Of a stretch of 64,000 nucleotides of DNA, positions 46,160 through 54,891 are shown piece by piece. The translations under genes were made by a program, and so were the position numbers. The DNA is taken from the IMG/VR virus record IMGVR_UViG_3300007770_001284, positions 190,744-254,743 of that record; one strand, given 5' to 3'. Numbering within the stretch: the first letter of the stretch is position 1; the number at the start of each line of letters is the position of its first letter. The notes below the pieces were generated by a model. It worked only from the letters and a program-made list of their open reading frames with translations. It was not told where the DNA came from and did no database searches.

Positions 46160-46625
46160 GTATATAAGAGAGATCTTGACCGAAGACGCTGACTCTTCTG
46201 GAGTCACTATCAGAGTACAAAATTATGGAAATGGAGTCGCAGCTGCTATAATGATGAGCGGAATGAGAATAGGCTCAGCTACAGCTCGCGAAGTTCTTAA
46301 GTACGAGCACTGTACAGAAGATGTAGAGAAACTCAAAGCTCAGGGTTATGATTACGATAATCCGAAATTTCCGACCCTGGGGCCGACGCTATATGCGATA
46401 GGAGAATCTCATGTGGATGAAGCTTTTAGGGGATTTGGATACGGTAAGAAGTTATACAAGGCAATAATTGAAGAGATTGGTAAGCATGTTGGTAATCGTG
46501 GTGCCTTTGTCGGCGCTGATGAGTGTGCAGCGGGTTCTACTTCCGGCACCGCGCAGCGAGTCTGGAAGTCGGTGGGTCGTGATTACCCATCATCTGGTAA
46601 TGTAGTTTATGTGGGACCAAAATGA
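46143..46625 (+). CDS. Leader-bearing GNAT acetyltransferase
   Basis: MNPLREYIREILTED; VDEAFRGFGYGKKLY. Confidence 0.75.
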   Translation: MNPLREYIREILTEDADSSGVTIRVQNYGNGVAAAIMMSGMRIGSATAREVLKYEHCTEDVEKLKAQGYDYDNPKFPTLGPTLYAIGESHVDEAFRGFGYGKKLYKAIIEEIGKHVGNRGAFVGADECAAGSTSGTAQRVWKSVGRDYPSSGNVVYVGPK

Positions 46626-47266
46626 ACCTGCTTCGCGAATATATCCGAGCTCTGCTCACCGAAGCTGCCAAGACCGTGGAAGATCTTCCTGAGGGTGCTT
46701 TCGTGACAATACTAAAAAGGTACGGCGGTTCATCAGTGTTCGTATACATCGGCGATGAGAAGGGAAATCGGTGGAGGACTAGAGAGGAGCACGGGGAGAG
46801 GTATGATAATTCCATACACGCAGGAATAGAAATTGCCAAGCCAAGACCGTCAGAGACCGGACCTTGTGGCGATGCATTCGTGGTGGAAGGTTCTGGAGCA
46901 ACTCACGGTTGGGGTCCGTTAGTATATGATGTTGCAATTGAGTACGCATCGCTTGACGGATCTGGCGGCTTAATTTCAGATAGAAGTTCGGTTTCTCCTT
47001 ATGCTCGACGTGTATGGGAATACTATATGAACAACCGACCGGACGTCACAGCGCATCAATTAGATGACATGAAAGATACGCTAACTCCAGAATGGGAAGA
47101 TAACTGCCAGCAGTGGATAGCCATGAAGACAACGGTACCAGCATTCACCGCAGAAAAATCTGATGATACTCGCTGGGTTGATTCACCGCTCAGTAAGAGA
47201 TACACGGCACCTCCCAAAACCATCGATGCGCTTCGTGCAGCTGGAAAACTGGTGGAGATTGAATAA
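46622..47266 (+). CDS. Leader-bearing GNAT-like protein
   Basis: MNLLREYIRALLTEA; GWGPLVY, SPYARRVW. Confidence 0.6.
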   Translation: MNLLREYIRALLTEAAKTVEDLPEGAFVTILKRYGGSSVFVYIGDEKGNRWRTREEHGERYDNSIHAGIEIAKPRPSETGPCGDAFVVEGSGATHGWGPLVYDVAIEYASLDGSGGLISDRSSVSPYARRVWEYYMNNRPDVTAHQLDDMKDTLTPEWEDNCQQWIAMKTTVPAFTAEKSDDTRWVDSPLSKRYTAPPKTIDALRAAGKLVEIE

Positions 47267-47730
47267 TGAACCTTCTCCGTGAATACATAAGCGAGCTTTT
47301 GACAGAGATAAATCTTGGTCAGGGCTATGGGATAGAATATACAGCATTTGTTCTGGACGACGCGTCACATCAGAAGCTAGCCGCTTTTGCTCCCGAAGGC
47401 TGGAAAGTCTTTGCTCATCACATGACGATTATTAATCCACCCAACCAGAAATTACGGTTACCGTCGCAATGGCTTGACCAAGACCTTTGCGTGAGAGTCG
47501 TGGGAATTGCACAATCGGCTCAGGTCATGACTGCGCTAGTTGATCTGGAAGGATTACCTCTTCCGATGAAGGGACCAGAATATCCTCACATCACTATTGC
47601 TACGAATCCAGCAGAGGGTGGCAAGCCTGCGATGTCTAATTGGAAGTTTAAGCCAGTTATCGATAAGCATAATTTTGAGGCTATTACCTCAATCGTTGTG
47701 TGCGGCAGAATAGAGGAAATATTAAGGTGA
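47266..47730 (+). CDS. Leader-bearing 2H phosphoesterase
   Basis: MNLLREYISELLTE; HHMTI and PHITI (two HxT motifs). Confidence 0.75.
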   Translation: MNLLREYISELLTEINLGQGYGIEYTAFVLDDASHQKLAAFAPEGWKVFAHHMTIINPPNQKLRLPSQWLDQDLCVRVVGIAQSAQVMTALVDLEGLPLPMKGPEYPHITIATNPAEGGKPAMSNWKFKPVIDKHNFEAITSIVVCGRIEEILR

Positions 47731-48401
47731 GCTTACTTCGCGAATACATCAGTGAGGTGCTGCAAGTGACTGCTCGAGTGCAACCCGAGTCCCAGATATT
47801 CTGTGACATGGACGGCGTTTTGGTAAATTTTGAAGATATGATTGTGAGATTTATCAACGGTCTTTTGGGCGGTGGCATCTCTCCAGGGATTGAAATTACG
47901 AAGGGTTACGAGAAGAGGCTAGCAAAAGTACGCGGAGAGCTCGGTCCAGATTGGCGCGCAAAGGGTCGTCCTGATTTAGATATTAAGTCGGTTCGAAATT
48001 TTATGATGGGTGCTGTTGGAGCAAATCCTGGTCCTATATTTGCTGAGATGAAGCCACATGCTGACGCTCTGGAAAAACTTTGGCCATTTCTGACGGGGAC
48101 TGGTCGGACTGTGAATATACTGACTGCTGAAATTAGGGCGAGAGAGGGAGCTGTTATGACAACGGCCGAAGGGAAGGAATTGTGGATACACAGGTGGCTT
48201 AAGCCTCAACCTTCTCAAATTATTATGTCACCAGCCAAACAGAAAGCCAGGTATGCAACGACCAACGGCATTCCCAACATACTTATTGATGATAAACTTA
48301 CGACCGTCGACAGCTGGAATGCCGCCGGCGGAATTGGTATCTGGCATCTGCCGGGCGGAAGCGTAGACACTGTGGAACAGCTAAAGGAATTGGGCGTATG
48401 A
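47727..48401 (+). CDS. Leader-bearing HAD 5'(3')-nucleotidase-like protein
   Basis: GTG-SLLREYISEVL; FCDMDGVL, ILT, K, LIDDK. Confidence 0.8.
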   Translation: MSLLREYISEVLQVTARVQPESQIFCDMDGVLVNFEDMIVRFINGLLGGGISPGIEITKGYEKRLAKVRGELGPDWRAKGRPDLDIKSVRNFMMGAVGANPGPIFAEMKPHADALEKLWPFLTGTGRTVNILTAEIRAREGAVMTTAEGKELWIHRWLKPQPSQIIMSPAKQKARYATTNGIPNILIDDKLTTVDSWNAAGGIGIWHLPGGSVDTVEQLKELGV

Positions 48402-50521
48402 AAACTCAGTTGCACATATACGATTTTGATGCAACTCTTTTCATGAGCCCGATGCATCCCGACGATTGGGAAGGTCACATCGGTCATTGGTACGATACGC
48501 TACAATCGTTGTCACCGCCCTGTGTAATCGATCCTCCCAATGATTTGTGGATAGGCAGCACAGTGTCTAGTGCACATAGCAGTATAGCCGACCCCAATGT
48601 ATATGCGATTTTAATGACAGGTCGCACAAGAAAACCTGAATTAGTTGGTCGGATAGCAGAGCTTCTTGCTATGGGAGGGCTAACGTTTGAAGAGATCTTG
48701 CTTAAGCCCACTGGAGATGTTAGGACTCTGCCGTGGAAATCTTCAATGATTGAAAAGCTAGCTGAAAAATTGCCTGACTTACAAGAAGTACATATCTGGG
48801 AAGATAGAGCAGACCATCTACAGGCTTTTGTTAAGCTTGTAGAATCTATGGGACTCACAGCGGTACCGCACTTTGTTAATGTTGTGCTCAATGCGCCCTG
48901 CGATTTAGGGAGTGTACAGCCCGACGTCGACCCTGGCGCTGTGATGGATCTCCCAGTGTTGAGTAAGCAGAATGAAAATTTAGTAAGACGATACATCAAG
49001 CTTTGTTTGGAAAAAACCGTCCGAAGCCAGAAAGACAAACGTGTCCTGTATCACATTAATCGCTTTCGTCCCGCTCGTCCCCAGCCGAAAATGTCGTATT
49101 TTCAAGAGTGGGACCCGGATGCAATTGACCCGGACACGCATGAAAGAACAGGCGACTATGTAGACGTTCCAGGAACCGACAACTGGCAACGACACTGGCT
49201 TGATAGTCCAGTTAAGTCCGGCGTTTTCTTAACCCCCAACCCAATTGATATAGCGATCAATCACGGTAGATCTGGTCACGTATACGCCTATAAAGTACCA
49301 CAGTGGGTTATAGCTAAATCAGGTGGTTTACATCGATATGATCATGGTTCCGAAGTACTAGTTCCTGAAGATGTCTGGAACGAGGCGGGTAAAGAGATCG
49401 AGTTCATGGGTAAGAGTATGGACAAGGAAGAGTTGTGGGATGAGATGATGCCTTCCCTGTATGGACGTGGCCACCACCGGCCAGCAACAAAACCATCCTG
49501 GATGTCCGGTGAAGAATTAAAGCAATGGAAAAAGGGTCAAAGTAAATTTAATCTCTCTGGCTTAAGAGCAACACGACATCCCGAAGATGTAATCAAAATG
49601 CTTACGTCAGATGAACAGCGAAAGGCGATTGAAGCGATTGAAGCGAAGAAAGAGGATATTCCTGGCTTTATTGAAAAAGGCCCAAGAGACAAAAAGGGAA
49701 TTGTGGTTCCGCCATTTGGACAACTATTAGACAAGAAAGACGAAGAGCTCTTGGCTTTGCTGAACAAACACCTGAACGAAGATATATTACGTGGGTACGT
49801 GAGGGCTCTATTGATCGAAAAATCATTAACTGGCCGGAAGCTTGAGAAGGTCGCAACATTGATAGCTGATGAAGTTATCGAATATCTTTTAGATGAAGAC
49901 CTCAGGGGTGCGTTTGCGGCACAGGGTCCGCTTGGGTTTCAAGTAGAAGTTGAGTTACCAGAAGCAGTGTTGTGGCTGCGAAATGTGTATGTGAAAATGG
50001 AGCCAGCAGATATTTTTAACAGCGATGCAAGCTATGAATTTGATCTAGATGCGACTGATGAGCAGCGAGAAGAATCAGATATTCGAATTAATCTTCAAAT
50101 GCCAACAGACTACTCAGACGAAGAAGTAGAAAAGCTTAAAGTAGAAATTGAAGCTGATATTCGCCACGAGCTAGAACATTCAGGACAGTCCACAGATGTC
50201 CTAATGGATGTACAGAGGAACGTCCCGGATTCTGAGATATGGAAATCCTTAGATCGTGCTGATTATTACTACACAAGTGAGGCTGAGGTGCCCTCATACG
50301 TGTCCAGCCTTGTTCTTAAATCTAAGAGGCATGAGTCGCATGCAGCGGATGAAATTGATGAAGACCTCAATAAGATCTACGCTACAGGACTAAGCAAGGG
50401 CTACTCTGAAGAAGAGTTGTCCCCCCTGATGACAAAGATTAGAGACACTTGGCAGTATTATTTAATGTCTCGGTGGCCTGAGCAAGAATGGCCGATTGAA
50501 TTTAGGCCAGAAAATGGGTAA
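48398..50521 (+). CDS. Multidomain protein: HAD phosphatase, ART-like domain and zincin metallopeptidase
   Basis: YDFDATL/WEDR; LYH/VFLT; RHELEH; linkers NENLVRRYIKLCLE and NEDILRGYVRALLIE. Confidence 0.72.
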   Translation: MKTQLHIYDFDATLFMSPMHPDDWEGHIGHWYDTLQSLSPPCVIDPPNDLWIGSTVSSAHSSIADPNVYAILMTGRTRKPELVGRIAELLAMGGLTFEEILLKPTGDVRTLPWKSSMIEKLAEKLPDLQEVHIWEDRADHLQAFVKLVESMGLTAVPHFVNVVLNAPCDLGSVQPDVDPGAVMDLPVLSKQNENLVRRYIKLCLEKTVRSQKDKRVLYHINRFRPARPQPKMSYFQEWDPDAIDPDTHERTGDYVDVPGTDNWQRHWLDSPVKSGVFLTPNPIDIAINHGRSGHVYAYKVPQWVIAKSGGLHRYDHGSEVLVPEDVWNEAGKEIEFMGKSMDKEELWDEMMPSLYGRGHHRPATKPSWMSGEELKQWKKGQSKFNLSGLRATRHPEDVIKMLTSDEQRKAIEAIEAKKEDIPGFIEKGPRDKKGIVVPPFGQLLDKKDEELLALLNKHLNEDILRGYVRALLIEKSLTGRKLEKVATLIADEVIEYLLDEDLRGAFAAQGPLGFQVEVELPEAVLWLRNVYVKMEPADIFNSDASYEFDLDATDEQREESDIRINLQMPTDYSDEEVEKLKVEIEADIRHELEHSGQSTDVLMDVQRNVPDSEIWKSLDRADYYYTSEAEVPSYVSSLVLKSKRHESHAADEIDEDLNKIYATGLSKGYSEEELSPLMTKIRDTWQYYLMSRWPEQEWPIEFRPENG

Positions 50522-51332
50522 CTTCGAAAAATTTAAGGTGCTTGGGTATATCCGTCCAGCTGAGGTATTTTTTACGTTAGGCGAATGGCGTACCGTTGTG
50601 GAAGAATTAATAGAGCTTCAGTCCCGTGGATTCGACACGAGGTCAGGTAAAATCAGCTGTAAACATATGTCTTTTTGCACACAAGAAGATATGGATCGAT
50701 TCGTACAACTTATTGCAAAATTCTGGGGCTATCAGCTCACAGTAGAGGTGGATAGATATGACCTCCTGACAAGCAAAAATGTTCTTGATTTCATAGAGGA
50801 CTTCGTGAACCATCGCTTTTGGGGGTTCGAGAATGAATTTAGCCATTACTTCCCAGACGTCTCTAAATTGAAGTTTGCATACTTTTATTCTCGTGGGGAT
50901 ATCGAACCATATGTGATGTTGGACGATGAATACACGACGCAGCTTTATGGTACCCTGGAAAATCCAGCAGATCTATGGCACTTTACAAGCCCGGATGGGT
51001 TAGATCGTTTGTCCCGCGCGATAGAAGCTGGAGAGCAATTTGATATTTCAACTTTCACTGTAGCTGAGCGGATGTTTTTCAGAAAGACTTCCACTCTTAC
51101 TGTTAGGTTAGTAGGAAATGTAAGGGCTGCGTTCCGTAGCGATATAAAGTCTTTGGCTCTGGATAACGGCAGACGAGCGTGCAACATGTATCGCCTTGAG
51201 TATCCCGGTAGGGCAGCGAATAATATTTGCTATGATTTAGACAAGTGCTTAGATCCAGAGGGCGTACAGACTGGATTATGGAATGAGTATATTGCAACGC
51301 CGCTCGAGATTATAAGCGTCGAATCATCTTAA
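50514..51332 (+). CDS. Hypothetical protein
   Basis: 272 aa ORF; LWHFT motif of unclear meaning. Confidence 0.6.
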   Translation: MGNFEKFKVLGYIRPAEVFFTLGEWRTVVEELIELQSRGFDTRSGKISCKHMSFCTQEDMDRFVQLIAKFWGYQLTVEVDRYDLLTSKNVLDFIEDFVNHRFWGFENEFSHYFPDVSKLKFAYFYSRGDIEPYVMLDDEYTTQLYGTLENPADLWHFTSPDGLDRLSRAIEAGEQFDISTFTVAERMFFRKTSTLTVRLVGNVRAAFRSDIKSLALDNGRRACNMYRLEYPGRAANNICYDLDKCLDPEGVQTGLWNEYIATPLEIISVESS

Positions 51333-52052
51333 GGCATGTCGGATTCTGGCAACGTGATCAGCGCTCAGTTCATGCATATAAACAAGGTCTTCTAGTACCT
51401 GCCTCGTTTCATCGTATTCCTGTACACCGACCGCAACGACTATACCCACGATGTCTCCTTGAGCATTGAACACGCCGCTACCAGAGTAGCCGAACCAAAT
51501 AAACCCATGCAGCAGAACAGCCCTATATCCGTCTTCATAACCTGTAACATATGCTCTTGTTGTTAACATGTCGTAGCTAGCCGGATAACCGCTGTATACC
51601 ACTTCGTCTCCGACGCTTAATTGACGATTATGCCTGGAAACATTAACTGCTTTTCTAGAGTTCAATCTCGGTATTTTCAACAATGCGATGTCATGAGTTT
51701 CTGATTTCCATATTACTTGACCAACGACTTTCTCTGCTCCGGTTGAAACATAAAAAATATTAGAATCATCGACAACATGTCGAGCAGTTAGAACAGCGTA
51801 GTGGTCGTTGTGCTTGATATACGTTCCCGATCCATGTCCGCCGCTTAAGCCTTGAACAGCTACAGAGCTGTGACGGCTTGTTCTTTCGTTCATTCGAGTT
51901 GAGGACACCGTCTGGATAATTGCGGGACGGGGAGATGTTGTGTTTGCGATTACTTTTGGTGCTTCTGCGTGCACTTTCGGTGTGTTGAAAAATGTAATGC
52001 AAAAAACTGCAGATACAGACAGAAAAATTGCTATGAAAAATGTTCTTGTCAT
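51324..52052 (-). CDS. Trypsin-like serine protease with signal peptide
   Basis: LTARHVV, DIALL, GYSGSGVF. Confidence 0.85.
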   Translation of the reverse strand: MTRTFFIAIFLSVSAVFCITFFNTPKVHAEAPKVIANTTSPRPAIIQTVSSTRMNERTSRHSSVAVQGLSGGHGSGTYIKHNDHYAVLTARHVVDDSNIFYVSTGAEKVVGQVIWKSETHDIALLKIPRLNSRKAVNVSRHNRQLSVGDEVVYSGYPASYDMLTTRAYVTGYEDGYRAVLLHGFIWFGYSGSGVFNAQGDIVGIVVAVGVQEYDETRQVLEDLVYMHELSADHVARIRHALR

Positions 52053-52116
52053 AATTGCCCTGTTAATAACTATAGATTTGGGGGGTATATTTACAGTTGG
52101 TTGAAAGGGTAGTATT

Positions 52117-52527
52117 ATGACAACTTCTGGTAAGAGCTGTGGCCCAATTTTTATTGAAAATTCTAGGGTGCCAGTGTGTCTTTCTGCTTTTTCTCCAATC
52201 GATATTCACGCTATCAACTTAGTTTTTTTTGTATTTTGTAGAACCGAGATGAGCGACCAAACAAAGCAACACGAAACGATCCATTTCAAGCAGTGGCTAG
52301 AATTATTGATCGTTGGATTCGGTGTTCTTTACGTCGCTTTCTATCTTTGGTTTCGTCTGGTTAAACGATTAGATGGACCCGCTGCATATCGCGCTATTCC
52401 GTTCGAACGCGAAGCGTATGCACATCAAGGGACTGTCTCGTATCTTTCTGAAAGAAAAATGTACGCATGGACGAAATATATTCGTTCGAATTTACCAGGA
52501 GATACCGGAGATGCTCAAGAAACATGA
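52117..52527 (+). CDS. Hypothetical protein with HExxH-like motif and TM
   Basis: QHETIH, PFEREAY; start uncertain. Confidence 0.55.
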   Translation: MTTSGKSCGPIFIENSRVPVCLSAFSPIDIHAINLVFFVFCRTEMSDQTKQHETIHFKQWLELLIVGFGVLYVAFYLWFRLVKRLDGPAAYRAIPFEREAYAHQGTVSYLSERKMYAWTKYIRSNLPGDTGDAQET

Positions 52528-52696
52528 TCTTGTGATATGTCTAGAGACGGGTGAGATGGGGGAAATATTAGCTGTTTTTTCGATTTCACGAATTCGTGTG
52601 AGGTTCCCCTCGGGCGAGTGTATTCTATGTACAGAAGATGTAATGACAGTTGAAGGAGAAAATGATGATACCGTGCCACCACCTTACGAAAAGTAA
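52511..52696 (+). CDS. Small hypothetical protein
   Basis: GGAG SD. Confidence 0.5.
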   Translation: MLKKHDLVICLETGEMGEILAVFSISRIRVRFPSGECILCTEDVMTVEGENDDTVPPPYEK

Positions 52697-52697
52697 C

Positions 52698-52892
52698 ATG
52701 ACGTATTCTCAGCATTTTAAGAGAGCTGGCTCCTTTGCTGTGTCGTGTATGTTGATGTCAGTTGTCTGCGGCATCCATGCAGTTTTGCCGTGGTTTTTTA
52801 CCGAAACTTTCTCTGATTTTGTTATAAAATTAGCACGTAAGTTTAACGAAGAGAGAGTTCAACATAATGAAAAATTTGAAGGTTGGTTCTAA
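52698..52892 (+). CDS. Small membrane protein
   Basis: MTYSQHF...IHAVLPWFF. Confidence 0.55.
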   Translation: MTYSQHFKRAGSFAVSCMLMSVVCGIHAVLPWFFTETFSDFVIKLARKFNEERVQHNEKFEGWF

Positions 52893-53070
52893 AGTATACC
52901 ACTTTATGCAGATGAGCAGGGTCGGCACTGTTATTCGTATTGAGAAAGTACCGATGCCGTTTATGACAACAGAGGGATCGATGTCTGGTCTTACAAAGAT
53001 TATCGTGAAATTTGATGATAATACTGAAGAGTCATTTTCTCCCGAAGATTTGATGCGAGCAGATATCTGA
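52867..53070 (+). CDS. Small hypothetical protein
   Basis: LKVGSKV start. Confidence 0.55.
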   Translation: MKNLKVGSKVYHFMQMSRVGTVIRIEKVPMPFMTTEGSMSGLTKIIVKFDDNTEESFSPEDLMRADI

Positions 53071-53073
53071 TTA

Positions 53074-53102
53074 GTGTAAATTCACTCCCTACCTGGTATA
53101 AT
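53074..53102 (+). promoter_or_regulatory. Sigma70-like promoter GTGTAA-N17-TATAAT (extended -10 TG)
   Basis: Upstream of AGGAGG SD and ATG 53123. Confidence 0.65.
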
Positions 53103-53122
53103 AAAATTAATAGGAGGGTGAA

Positions 53123-53284
53123 ATGCTGCTTTTTCTGATCTTTCTCATTGGTCTGTTTACCGGTGATTTTGCTTGGGCTTTTAAGGTTGCAGGAGCGTAT
53201 ATTCTTGCCCTTCTGATTGTAGAACTATTCTTTTGGATGATGGTTTTTGGTATATTTGGAATGCTGTACGTGGTGTTTTTATAG
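53123..53284 (+). CDS. Small hydrophobic protein (53 aa, not in the ORF track)
   Basis: Strong promoter and SD; MLLFLIFLIGLFTG... Confidence 0.6.
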   Translation: MLLFLIFLIGLFTGDFAWAFKVAGAYILALLIVELFFWMMVFGIFGMLYVVFL

Positions 53285-53292
53285 GGTGCTGG

Positions 53293-53607
53293 ATGTATGT
53301 AAGAGATGCAAACGTTGGTGATGTGATTCGTGTTGTCGGTGATAATAAGGGTGTTCGACAAAGCATTTTTCGTATATCACAAGAAGAAAGAGACGAAGCG
53401 CGTAAGCATGGTTTTATGATTGGATTTGTTCGTCATTTCTGGAAAGGTAATCCTGACAAGCCATATGACATGGTATATCTTGGTCCAGTAAGCACAAGGA
53501 TTCCCGTGGCTGGCCTTTTTAAACATCATTTATTTTTGACTCCAGATGGTACGTACGGGATAGAGGGATATGACTTTCGATATTTGGAGAAAATTACAGG
53601 GCGATAG
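53293..53607 (+). CDS. Hypothetical protein
   Basis: MYVRDANVGD...; its stop codon lies inside the tRNA. Confidence 0.55.
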   Translation: MYVRDANVGDVIRVVGDNKGVRQSIFRISQEERDEARKHGFMIGFVRHFWKGNPDKPYDMVYLGPVSTRIPVAGLFKHHLFLTPDGTYGIEGYDFRYLEKITGR

Positions 53608-53675
53608 CTCAATTTGGTCAGAGCAACGGTCTCATAAACCGTGGGTTCCGGGTTCAAGTCCCGGTCGCCCTACCA
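53598..53675 (+). tRNA. tRNA with CAT anticodon (probable Ile2, alternatively Met)
   Basis: Full cloverleaf, ACGGT-CTCATAA-ACCGT, encoded CCA; adjacent to tilS. Confidence 0.9.
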
Positions 53676-53682
53676 CTTAAAA

Positions 53683-54306
53683 ATGATTAGACTATCAACG
53701 AAATTACCACGCAGGCTAGCGATTGCTGTCTCGGGTGGACCTGATTCAATGGCAGCTCTAGATTTTCTTTCACGAAGCAACAAAGAAATTCTGGTGTTGC
53801 ACTTTAATCACAACACCCACCATGCGCAAAGTGCTGAAAATGTAGTATCTGATTATTGCGGCTCTAAAAGCATTCCCCATATAATTGGTGGCCTCAAAGA
53901 GGCCGTTCCTCCCGGCATGTCTAAAGAAGACTTTTGGCGGAAGGCTCGCTACGATTTTTTTGAGCGTGAGGCGGGTGATTTGCCTGTTGTTACGTGTCAC
54001 CACCTTGATGATGTTGTAGAAACCTGGCTGTTTACGGCTTTCCATGGAGAGGCTAGATTAATCCCATCGAAGCGCGGAAGGTATCTGAGGCCGTTTCTAG
54101 AGACGAGAAAGGCAGTGTTTGAGGACTGGTGTGACCGAAAGGATGTGCCATACGTAATAGATTCAAGTAATTTCGATATTTCTTTTATGAGAAATTATAT
54201 TAGACATGAAGTCGTACCGAAAGCCCTTATGGTTAATCCAGGGTTGCCAAAGGTCCTACGAAAAAAGATTGTGAATAATCCTGTAATATTTACAGAAGCT
54301 GTTTAG
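53683..54306 (+). CDS. tilS: tRNA(Ile)-lysidine synthase, PP-loop domain only
   Basis: AVSGGPDS, HFNH, ARY, HHLDDVVET, RPFL, DSSN, RNYIRH. Confidence 0.88.
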   Translation: MIRLSTKLPRRLAIAVSGGPDSMAALDFLSRSNKEILVLHFNHNTHHAQSAENVVSDYCGSKSIPHIIGGLKEAVPPGMSKEDFWRKARYDFFEREAGDLPVVTCHHLDDVVETWLFTAFHGEARLIPSKRGRYLRPFLETRKAVFEDWCDRKDVPYVIDSSNFDISFMRNYIRHEVVPKALMVNPGLPKVLRKKIVNNPVIFTEAV

Positions 54307-54328
54307 ATTTATCTTCAAGGGAGAAACA

Positions 54329-54520
54329 GTGGGTTCAAAAACGGAGCGTCAAAATCAGCACATTAAGCGGATTGAAAAGAAGATTAGAAAGTTTACAAAA
54401 AGGGGTAAGTCCACAGAGAGGCTCACAAAAGAACTTGGTTATATGATGGGTGAAGACAGGCCTGAGTTTAAGACAGGCCGCGATGTCGATCCCAGACTAA
54501 AGAAGACATGGCAAAATTAG
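54329..54520 (+). CDS. Small basic protein
   Basis: GGGAG SD, GTG start. Confidence 0.55.
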   Translation: MGSKTERQNQHIKRIEKKIRKFTKRGKSTERLTKELGYMMGEDRPEFKTGRDVDPRLKKTWQN

Positions 54521-54532
54521 GAGTGAAGAAAA

Positions 54533-54679
54533 ATGGCAACAAATAGAATTACAAATGTAGCACAATCGTTATCTAGCGTGCGTGATGACGCTAGTAAACT
54601 TAAACGGCTTGTTTATGTGGTGTGCTTAATTGAATTACTGCATGTCGGCTGGTCTGTTTTTACTTACTTTTCCAGCTGA
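54533..54679 (+). CDS. Small TM protein (48 aa, not in the ORF track)
   Basis: AGGAG SD; C-terminal hydrophobic segment. Confidence 0.45.
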   Translation: MATNRITNVAQSLSSVRDDASKLKRLVYVVCLIELLHVGWSVFTYFSS

Positions 54680-54691
54680 TTGCCTAATTTG

Positions 54692-54767
54692 GGGCCGTTA
54701 GCTCAACAGGTAGAGCAAAAGACTTTTAATCTTTAGGTTCAGGGTTCGAGTCCCTGGCGGCTCACCA
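54692..54767 (+). tRNA. tRNA-Lys(TTT)
   Basis: Cloverleaf, anticodon loop CTTTTAA, encoded CCA. Confidence 0.92.
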
Positions 54768-54809
54768 CTACTAATTTTTTGTAGCATAATTATGACTAGA
54801 ACACAAAGA

Positions 54810-54882
54810 TGGGGTGTAGCATAATTGGCAGTGCACCGGGTTGTTACCCCGGAGGTTGGTGGTTCGAATCCACCCGCCCCAG
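54810..54882 (+). tRNA. tRNA-Asn(GTT), no encoded CCA
   Basis: CCGGG-TTGTTAC-CCCGG; U1-A72; discriminator G followed by CCT. Confidence 0.88.
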
Positions 54883-54891
54883 CCTTGGTAC

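Noticed and set aside
38606-47760. Leader DNA as integron attC sites or DGR repeats
   Set aside because: No palindromic attC structure, integrase or reverse transcriptase; variation is synonymous, consistent with protein-level selection
53641-53682. N-terminal extension of TilS
   Set aside because: It runs through the tRNA 3' half; ATG 53683 is more plausible
54841-54891. Start of the ORF at 54841
   Set aside because: Lies inside tRNA-Asn
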